From assembly GCA_005776725.1 (NCBI GenBank), contig SXOO01000062.1, forward strand, positions 358-64,357: a DNA stretch of 64,000 nucleotides, written 5' to 3'. The notes beneath the pieces are model-generated. The model was not told the DNA's origin, made no database searches, and saw only the letters and a program-made list of their open reading frames with translations. Of the stretch, positions 27,422 to 35,856 are shown piece after piece (position 1 is the first letter of the stretch; each line of letters starts with the position of its first letter). This stretch comes from Pseudomonadota bacterium (GTDB lineage: Bacteria > Myxococcota_A > UBA9042 > GCA-2863065). Both the position numbers and the translations under genes were made by a program.

Positions 27422-30418
27422 ATGAAAAGACCTCTCCTCTGGGCGGCTGTGCTCCTCTTCGCGTGTGAGTCCGGAGACACCGGCGGCGGCGCTTCGCTGA
27501 ATGCCGGCGACGCTCGTGCGAACGGCAAGACGGACACGCCGTCTGCGGGCGACGACAGCGGTACGCCGGGCTCCGGCAGCGACGGCAGCGACGGCAGCGA
27601 CGGCAGCGACGGCACCCCGAACCCCTGCGCCGAGGACCAGTGTCACATCGACGACGCCTGCTGGGACGCAGGCGACGCGCCCGAGGGCGACCCGTGCCGC
27701 GTCTGCGAGCCCGAGCGCGACGTCTTCACGTGGAGCGACACAGACTCCGCTTGTGATGACGGCGACGCGTGCACCCTGGGCGACGGCTGCACCCTCGGCG
27801 CCTGTATCGGCGCGCCCAAGGTCTGCGTCGACGGCGATCCGTGCACCAACAGCCAGTGCGAGAACGGCGAGTGCGTGCACCCAGGGCGGGCCGGCCCCTG
27901 TGACGACGGCGACGCGTGCACGATCAACGACCGCTGCATGAGCGCGAAGTGCTCCGGCGGGCTCCCGAAGTGCGACGACGGCAACAGCTGCACCACCGAC
28001 GCCTGCGCAGACGGCGCCTGCGATCACACGGTGCTCAACAGCGCCCCATGCGACGACGGCAACCCGTGCACCGAGTCCACCACCTGCGTGGCAGGAGCGT
28101 GCGTCGGCGGCACGCCGGCGCCCTGCGACGACGGCGATCTCTGCACGGCGGACGCCTGCGTGCTGACGGGACCGCTCGGCGCCGGTGGCTGCGTGCACAC
28201 CTCCGTCGCGGCGTACTGCGAAGACTCGAACCCCTGCACCGACGAGGCCTGTGACGCCGCCAAGGGCTGCGTCTACCCGTTCAACTCCATCCCGTGCAAC
28301 GACGACGACGAGTGCACGCTCGCTGACAAGTGCACCACTGGCGCGTGCCGCGGCGAAGACGTCCTCCTCTCCGACAACAACCCGTGCACCAACGACTACT
28401 GCGACCCCGTCGACGGCGTCTACCACACGAACAACCAGTTCCCGTGCGAGGACGGCGACGCGTGCACGGTGGGCGACCTGTGCGACGCCGGGCAGTGTAC
28501 GCCGGGGACGGGCGAGCTCCCTTGCGACGACGGCGAGCCTTGCACAGACGACGCGTGCGAAAAGACGGCGGGTTGCTTCACCACACCGAACACCGCCACC
28601 TGCGACGATGGGTCGGTCTGCACCGAGGACGACGTCTGCGCCAACGGTGAGTGCGACGGCCACGCGATCACGTGCGACGACAGCAACGCCTGCACCACCG
28701 ACAGCTGCGACAAGGTGGAGGGATGCCGCTTCACGCTGATCGTCTCGAACGCCTGCCGCCCCGACATCACGATCACGTACCCGCCCCGCGGCGCGACCAT
28801 CCAGGGGTCTTCGAAGTCAATCACCGTGACGGGAATTGTCACGAGCGGCGCCGCCCCGATGGACACCTTCACGATCAACGGGGCGCCGGTGACGCTGGCC
28901 CCCGACGGGAGCTTCGCGCACCCCGTGGCCACCGAGGTGGGGGGCAACACGCTGGTGATCGACGCCGTGGACGAGCTGGGGGCGGTGCGCCACCGGGTCC
29001 AGGCGTTCCATTGGTCAAGCGTCTATGCGCTGCCCGACAACCTCGAGCAGAAGACGGGCATGGCGGAGCAGGGCCTGGCGATCTGGCTGTCTGGCTCCGC
29101 GCTCGACAAGCTAACCCAGGTGTTCCAGAGCATCGTGGCCGGCCTCACGATCGGGGACTCCATCCAGAACCCGGTGCTTCAGCAGGCGGGCTACAAGATC
29201 CACGTGAACAACCTCACCCATGGCACACCGCAGGTGGCCATGAAGCCCGTGAACGGAGGCATCGAGCTCACCGTCACCGTGAAGAACATCAAGGCCGACA
29301 TCAACGCCGACGGTCAGAGCTTCCTCACCCCTGACTTCGACGGGACCATGACGGTGGCCACGCTCACTGCGACCGCCCAGGTGCAGCTGTCGGTGGACCC
29401 GAGCACGCACACTCTGGTGGCCACGGTCGGCACCGTGAACGTGGCGATGAGCAACCCTTCGATCTCGATCAGCGGCATCATCGGCCTGCTCATCTCCCCG
29501 CTCATCAACCTGCTCGTGCCGATCTTCAAGGGAGACATCGAGAGCACCTTCAGCAGCACGCTCAAGGACGTCATCGGGCCGCTCGTGGCAGACGCGCTGA
29601 ACGGCCTCGCGCTCTCGTTCGACTTCGACCTGCCCTCCTTCGACCCAACGGCCGACCCGGTGGCCGTCCAGGTGGTCACCGACTTCCAGGCGGTCGACTT
29701 CACGCCCGCCGGCGGCGCCCTGATCCTGCGCGGTGGCGCCTACACGAGCCCGGTGGTCACTCCCTACACGAACCTCGGGTCGGTCATTCGAGGCAACTGC
29801 GGCGCACCGGGCTTCAAGCTCACGCCGCCGAAGGCCGCGCCTCTGGAGCTGCTCCTCTCGGACGACCTCATCAACGAGATCCTGTACTCCGCATGGCGGG
29901 GCGGCTTCCTGGAGTTCGATGTGCCGCCGGAGCTGCTCGCCGGCGTCGACGTCTCCCAATTCGGGATCGGCAAGCTCGACGTCAGCGTCTCGGCGATGTT
30001 GGCGCCGGTGGTCAGCGACTGCGCCACGGGGACCTCGACCGTCCACATCGGCGACCTCAAGATCAACGCCGCGCTCGACCTCTTCGGGCAGCAGATGGAC
30101 GTGGTGATGCACGTCAGCCTCACCACGGAGATCGTGTTCTCGGCGGCCGATGGCGAGCTGTCGTTCGGCCTGGCCGCGATCGAGTCGATCGACAGCGACA
30201 TCGCCGTGCTCCAGGAGCACCTCGTGGCGTCGGAGGGCGCCGTGGCCGATCTCGTGAACCAGAACCTGATCCCCGCGCTCATCGGGGGACTCGGCGGCGG
30301 CGCCCTCGGCTCGTTCCCGCTCCCCGAGCTGGACGTGAGCGGCGTCAAGATCGCCATCGAACCTACGTCCGTGAGCCGCGGCCCGGGCCAGACCGTCGTC
30401 TCGGGGAACCTCAAGTGA
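27422..30418 (+). CDS. Cys-rich-repeat lipoprotein with Ig-like domain and C-terminal BPI/LBP-like (TULIP) two-barrel region, 998 aa
   Basis: Lipobox VLLFAC, then a D/G/S linker and ~370 aa of CDDG[DN]xCTxDxC modules. Ig-like segment: [23 protein letters not shown]...[14 protein letters not shown]...[14 protein letters not shown]. The last ~470 aa align by eye to both halves of BPI. N half: [14 protein letters not shown].., [79 protein letters not shown]. C half: [27 protein letters not shown].., ..[22 protein letters not shown]. Confidence 0.75.
   Translation: [998 protein letters not shown]
27575..27610 (+). repeat. In-frame 9-bp microsatellite (GGCAGCGAC) x4 encoding (GSD)n linker
   Basis: Four perfect tandem copies read directly from the sequence, inside the post-lipobox linker of the 27422 gene. 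Confidence 0.9.
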
Positions 30419-32394
30419 AGCGAATCGCCCTCGCCCTCATCACGCTCCTCGGCTGCCACGACCATGGCGACAACGGGAAGCACCTCCCGGTACCAGCCGT
30501 CGCGGCCGATGGCGCAGACGGTGCCGAGAGCGCAGACGGTGCCGACGGTGCCGACAGTGCCAACGGTGCCGACAGCGCGGACGGCACCGAGGGTGCAGAC
30601 AACACCGATGCCAGAGACGGCGGCGCGAGCTGCACGGCCGACGCCGACTGCGACGACGGCCTCGCTTGCACTACCGACGCCTGCGAGGACAGCGCCTGCA
30701 AGCACTCCGTGGCGGCGGACGCGTGCCTCGTGTCCGCGACGTGCCTTGCTGCCGGCGAGCCTGGGCCCGAGCCCTGCCTCGTCTGCGACCCGGCCCAGTC
30801 GCAGAGCTCCCTGACGCCCGCGGCCGGCCCCTGCGACGACGGCGAACCGTGCACCGAGGCCGACAGCTGCTCAGAGGGTGCGTGTGTCGGCGGGCCTGAG
30901 CCCGAGTGCGACGACGGGCTCCCCTGCACCACTGACGCGTGCGCGCTCGAGGTGGGCTGCGTCCACGTTTCGAACGACGAGCCGTGCGACGACGGCGACG
31001 CCTGCACGGAGGGCGACACCTGCCTCCTGGGCCTCTGCGTAGCCGGGGCCACCCAGCAATGCGACGACGAGAACCCCTGCTCGGCCGACTCCTGCGCCGA
31101 GGGCGCCTGCGTCAACGACGTGACCGCGTTCGAGGGCCAGCCCTGCGACGACGGGGACGCGTGCGTCGGCGGGACGGCGTGCTCCGGCGGCGCCTGCGGT
31201 GGAGGCTTGGCGCTGGCCTGCGACGACGGCAACGCCTGCACGATCGACTACTGCGACACGCTCGCCGGGTGCGGGTCGCTCCCCACCGAGTCCCCATGCT
31301 GCACCGGCGTCGTCAGCGTCTGCGACGACGGCGACCCCTGCACCGCCGATGTCTGCGACCCGGTCACGACTGACTGCACCAATCAGCCCATGCTGGCGGG
31401 CACCTCCTGTGACGATGGAGAGCCGTGCACCTCCGGCGACGTCTGCGACACCGATGGCGTCTGCGACGGCGCCGTCACGGCGTGCGACGACGGGAACGTG
31501 TGCACCTCCGACGTGTGCCTCCTGGGCGAGGGCTGCAAGGGCTTCCCCGTGGAGGGCGCGTGCGACGATGGGCTCGAGTGCAGCACCGGCGACACCTGCG
31601 TACTGGGGTTGTGCAAAGCCGACACCACCGCTTGCGGCTGCGTGGCGCCCCACGGCGTCGATGCGGCGAAGGTGGCGTCGCTGCAGATCTCGACCACCTC
31701 CGAGACGGGCGCAGCCCTTGACCTCGACGGCGACCCGACGACCTGTGCGCCCTCCGGCAGCTGCTCGGGAGGGGTCCACAACAGCTTCAGCGTGCTGGCC
31801 GGCCTCGCGAACACGGCCCTCGCCGACTCAATCGCCGGTGGAAGCATCGTGCTCCTGGTCACCGCGCCGGCCGCCGCCTCTGGCGCCTTCGACCTCGTGC
31901 TCTACCAGGGCGAGCTCGACCCGGCCAACGCCGCGTGCGATCTCAACGCCGCCACCTGCGACTACCTCATCGACGCGGCCAGCTTCGATGACGCGTGCAA
32001 GGCGCGCTTCGTGCTCCCCGCCACGCTCTCCGGCACCAAGCTCTCGGCCGGCTCGGTCGACAGCCAGATCCCGTTCTCCATCCCCATCCAAGGGATCACG
32101 CTCGAGGTGGTGGTCTACGCCGCGCGCCTCGAGGGAGAGGTCACGCTGGACGGTGGGAACATCACGGCCTTCACCGGGGTTCTTGGCGGCGCGATCAGCC
32201 AGAGCGCTTTGTTCACCGCGATCGACAACCTCCCGGCGGAGGGGCTCCCCGTTCCGAAGGACCTCATCAAGACGATCCTGCAGACGTCGCTCGAGTACGA
32301 CATCGACACCGACGGCGACGACAAGGGCGATGCGGCCAGCATCGGCCTCACGCTCTCGGGAATCGACGCGGCGCTCACCGGCGTCGCCCCCTAG
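30415..32394 (+). CDS. Cys-rich-repeat lipoprotein with unknown C-terminal domain, 659 aa
   Basis: The in-frame GTG at 30415 overlaps the upstream stop (GTGA at 30415..30418). [14 protein letters not shown] is a lipobox. Next come an A/D/G-rich linker from imperfect 9-bp repeats, ~330 aa of CDDG-type modules, and a ~250-aa Cys-poor C-terminal domain (no family recognised). The track ORF 29893..32394 N-terminal extension overlaps the upstream gene out of frame. Confidence 0.8.
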   Translation: [659 protein letters not shown]

Positions 32395-32480
32395 CTGGCC
32401 CACGCCTCAGCGCTCGCCGGGGAACCCCTCCAACGAAGGCCCTGCAAGGCCCCCTGCTCACCCGCTCCCAAGGTCACCGT

Positions 32481-33617
32481 ATGCACCGCTCCACGCCCTT
32501 CGGGGCGCTCTTCTGCGCCCTCTCCTTCGCTTGCGCCGCCGAGACCACGGAGTCTGCCGAAGCGGCAGCTGACGGCAACGGCGCCGCGGACTCGGCAGAC
32601 GCCGTCGCGGACGCCGCCGACGCCGCCGACGCATCCGATGCCTCTGCTGACGGCGCAGACGGCGCCGACGGCATCGACGGCGCCACCGATGGCACCGACG
32701 CGGCGCTCGTCGATCCCCCGCTCCCGGATTGGCCAGCGAACCAGCCGGGGCTCGACGACCCCACGGCGCGTAAGTGGTTCCGCGCCGGCGCCTGGTACAA
32801 GGAGAACCCGGACGAGCTCGATACGCAGATGAAGGGGCTCTTCGACGCTGCCTACACCGGTCCGCTCGGCGATCCCGCCGGCATCGTCACCTGCCACGCC
32901 GGCTCCAAGGCCAGCGGAGCAACCGCCGCCAAGGTGTGGTCGCGTATCCACGTCCCGGACACGGTCATCGTGCTGGCGCCCAACCACGTCAACGTCGGCG
33001 CCCCCGCCGCCATCTGGAACGCCGGTCCCTGGCTCGTCCCGGGCCTCGCCGTTCCGGTTCGCGACGACATCGTGACGCGTTTCCTCGAGCTGCTCCCGGG
33101 CGAGCTCGAGGGTGATCGCGTGGCCTTCGAGCACCAGAACGCACACCCGAGCGAGATGATGCTCCCGTACCTCACGCGGAAGAACCCGAACGCGAAGGTG
33201 GTGTTCCTCTCGTTCTTCGACGAGGAGAAAGCCGACTATGCGAACTTCGACGCGGCGCGCGTGAAGACGTTTGCGTCCGCGGTGGCGACCGTGGTCCGGG
33301 AGCTCGAGGCGAAGGGCGAGAAGGTCCTGCTCATCGCGTCTATGGACCTCTCGCACTATGAGGCCCTCGTCGACTTCGACCCCAAAGACGCCATCATGAT
33401 GGACCACATCGGGCGCTTCGACACGGCGGGGCTTCGGACCTCCGTGGTTGAGGGCAACTTCACGATCTGCGCCGAGATCGCCGTCTCGATCTGGATGGAG
33501 GCCATGCTGGAGCTGGGCTACACGGGCCTAGACTTCAACGAACGCGGCAACTCGGTCCACCTCTCGGGCGTGGACGCCGCGGTCGGTTACCCTGCGGGTA
33601 TCGTGTGGCGCCGATGA
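32481..33617 (+). CDS. Memo-family (AmmeMemoRadiSam system protein B-like) protein with lipoprotein signal
   Basis: The ATG at 32481 gives [18 protein letters not shown] (lipobox), followed by an acidic A/D linker. Memo-like motifs: [25 protein letters not shown] (HAGxxxSG), VLAPNH, SMDLSHY and NFTICAEI. The track ORF start at 31995 is an upstream extension overlapping the previous gene. Confidence 0.7.
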   Translation: [378 protein letters not shown]

Positions 33618-34996
33618 GCGACGCCTCTGCCACGCCAGGGCGGTGGATACGCCGGCTCCCGCTCGTGGTGCTGCTCTCCCTAGGCTGCGCGTCCACCGAG
33701 ACCAGCAGCGGCCCAGCGCCCGCCGCCGACGTGTTCGTGTTCGTGCCGGACGCCAGCGCCCCCGCGCCCGAAGTCGCGGGCGAAGACGCACCAACGGGCT
33801 TCGGAGCAGAGTCCCTGCCTCGCGTCGAGCTGCCCGCCGACCTCTCGGGTCTCAAGCCCCCCTTGGCCGTGGTGGGCTCCGACACCGGTGAGGCGGGCCT
33901 CGTCTACGCCGCCGCCTTGTCCGGCTACTTCCTGCTGCGCGTCCAGCAGGCCGATGGCAGCTTCAAGTACGAGTACTTGCCCATCAGCGACACCTGGTGC
34001 TGGCAGGACGTCATCCACCGCCAGGTGGGCCCGGCGTATGCGCTCGTGCTCCTCTATGGCGCCACGAAGCGGGACGAGTTCCGCCTGGCCGCGGACTGGG
34101 CGTTCGAATACGCGAAGCCCCGCATCGCCGACCAAGGTGACGGCGAGCTGCGCATCACCGACATGGGCGCCACCAGCATCCTGATCTTCGGGCTCGCCCA
34201 CTACGGCGCGTTCGCCACTGCGAACGGGGCACCGGACGCCTCCAAGTGGCATGACACGCTCGTGGGCCTCGGGAAGCACCTCCTCGCGCGCCAGAACGAG
34301 GACGGCTCGTTCAAGGAAGGCAGCCCGCTCGGCCGCGGTCAGGCCGTGCAAGCGCTCTCGCACCTCGACCGGTATGTCCCGGGAGGCGCCTATCGCGACG
34401 CCCTCCTCCGCGCCGCCGGGTACTCGTGCGACCACAAGGACGAGATCGCCACCGGCGACGTTCCGTATTTCCTGCTCTACGCGGGCGAAGCGCTACGCCA
34501 CCTCAACGCCGTCACAGGCGACGCGCGGTGGAACGAGTGCAGTGTGGCCCTCACGGACGTCAACATCGCCAATCAGTACACCTCCGAGGACAAGGTCGAT
34601 CCGAGCTGGCACGGCGGCTTCGGCAAGACCGACGGCTCCACCCCCACGTGGTCGGCGTCGCTGCGCCTCGAGTCCATGGCGGACGCCCTGGGCCTGGCAC
34701 GAGACCGGGGAGACACCGCCCGGGCCGAGCTGTTGGAGGATCGCCTCCGCGTCGGAGCCGAGTTCGTCATGCGCCAACAATGGCGCGTAGGCGAGACCAC
34801 GGGCTATCCGAACCCAGAGGAGATCCTGGGCTGCTACCCATACTTCCTGCCCAACGACAACCCGGCGGACCTCACCTGCGAGTCCACCAAGCTGTCGTGG
34901 CCGAAGTCGCGCACGGATCTGGCGTGGCACGGCACCGCCATGTTGGTGAAGACCGCGAGAGTCCTGGGTGAAGAGGTCGTCGCCCCGGTCCCCTAA
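33614..34996 (+). CDS. Lipoprotein with alpha/alpha-toroid (prenyltransferase / terpene-cyclase-like repeat) features
   Basis: The ATG at 33614 overlaps the Memo-like stop (ATGA at 33614..33617). RRLPLVVLLSLGC is a lipobox. It has repeated QxxDGSF-type motifs (VQQADGSFKYEY, ARQNEDGSFKEGS) and helical-hairpin-like spacing reminiscent of prenyltransferase/squalene-cyclase repeats. The fold assignment is inference. Confidence 0.6.
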   Translation: MSDASATPGRWIRRLPLVVLLSLGCASTETSSGPAPAADVFVFVPDASAPAPEVAGEDAPTGFGAESLPRVELPADLSGLKPPLAVVGSDTGEAGLVYAAALSGYFLLRVQQADGSFKYEYLPISDTWCWQDVIHRQVGPAYALVLLYGATKRDEFRLAADWAFEYAKPRIADQGDGELRITDMGATSILIFGLAHYGAFATANGAPDASKWHDTLVGLGKHLLARQNEDGSFKEGSPLGRGQAVQALSHLDRYVPGGAYRDALLRAAGYSCDHKDEIATGDVPYFLLYAGEALRHLNAVTGDARWNECSVALTDVNIANQYTSEDKVDPSWHGGFGKTDGSTPTWSASLRLESMADALGLARDRGDTARAELLEDRLRVGAEFVMRQQWRVGETTGYPNPEEILGCYPYFLPNDNPADLTCESTKLSWPKSRTDLAWHGTAMLVKTARVLGEEVVAPVP

Positions 34997-35084
34997 CCGC
35001 CCCTCGTATCGCCGCCTACCGCTGCGGCGTCGTTGACAGAGGGTGCTTTCCGTCGGAGCCTGCCGCCTCGTTTCAGGAGGTCAT

Positions 35085-35849
35085 GTGCTCGGCGAGTTCT
35101 TGCTTCGGTCCGTCATCAGCGGCGCCATCGCGACCACGCTCTACCTGGTCTTCGCGTGGTCATTCTCACGGAAGTACTCGCGCATGGTCTCGCGAGACGT
35201 GCTCCGCCACGACATCTTCTGGGGCGTCGCGTCCCTCGCGGTGGGCTCGCCCATCCTGCAGGTATTCGGGCTGCTCCATGAGCAACACGGGATCAGCATG
35301 ATGTACATGGGCTTCGCCGACTACGGTTGGATCTGGTGGGCGCTCTCGATCCCCATCTACGTGATGCTGTGGGACCTGGTCTTCTACGGCGGCCACCTCA
35401 TCCTCCACTGGCCGCTCGTCTATCGGAAGTCTCACTTCCGGCACCATATGTGCCGCCCGCCGGTGCCGTGGTCCGGGATCGCGATCGACCCCGTCGAGAC
35501 ACTGCTCTCCGGCATCCTCCCGTACGTCGTGCCGCTGTTCATCCTCCCGTTCCACATCTACACCGTCTATGCCATCAACATCCTGCTGATGGCCTGGGCC
35601 ACTCTGGTCCACTCCTCGGCCAACTGGGTCGGCACCTCGGTGATGCTCGGGACGAAGGACCACAATCTGCACCACGCGTTCGGCCTCAAGAACCACAACT
35701 TCGGCGCGGTCTTCACGTTCTGGGACCGGATGTTCGGCACACTCAACCGGAAGGACACGGCGCCCTGGTGGGGCAAGGCCACGTGGGGCAAGTCCGCGGG
35801 AGCCATCCACGAGGCCGCCCGCCACGGCGACGCCGCCCCGGGCCTGTAG
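35085..35849 (+). CDS. Fatty acid hydroxylase / sterol desaturase family membrane protein
   Basis: Three His boxes in the expected order: HLILH, HFRHH and HNLHH, plus FTFWDRMFGT. It has several TM helices. The GTG at 35085 is preceded by AGGAGG (35075..35080); the track start at 35043 is an alternative. Confidence 0.8.
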   Translation: MLGEFLLRSVISGAIATTLYLVFAWSFSRKYSRMVSRDVLRHDIFWGVASLAVGSPILQVFGLLHEQHGISMMYMGFADYGWIWWALSIPIYVMLWDLVFYGGHLILHWPLVYRKSHFRHHMCRPPVPWSGIAIDPVETLLSGILPYVVPLFILPFHIYTVYAINILLMAWATLVHSSANWVGTSVMLGTKDHNLHHAFGLKNHNFGAVFTFWDRMFGTLNRKDTAPWWGKATWGKSAGAIHEAARHGDAAPGL

Positions 35850-35856
35850 CCACGCG

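Noticed and set aside
27218-28663. 481-aa minus-strand ORF (and 28420..28950, 29111..30220, 29764..30705 minus)
   Set aside because: They are antisense shadows of the 27422..30418 and 30415..32394 lipoprotein genes, with no recognisable domains.
31995-33617. Long N-terminal extensions in track ORFs (31995..33617, 29893..32394, 41646..43514, 44460..45440, 51195..52880, 52902..55445, 55151..56740, 39853..41772)
   Set aside because: Each extension overlaps the preceding gene out of frame and is R/G/P-rich. Internal starts give signal peptides or canonical N-termini and coincide with start/stop overlap junctions.
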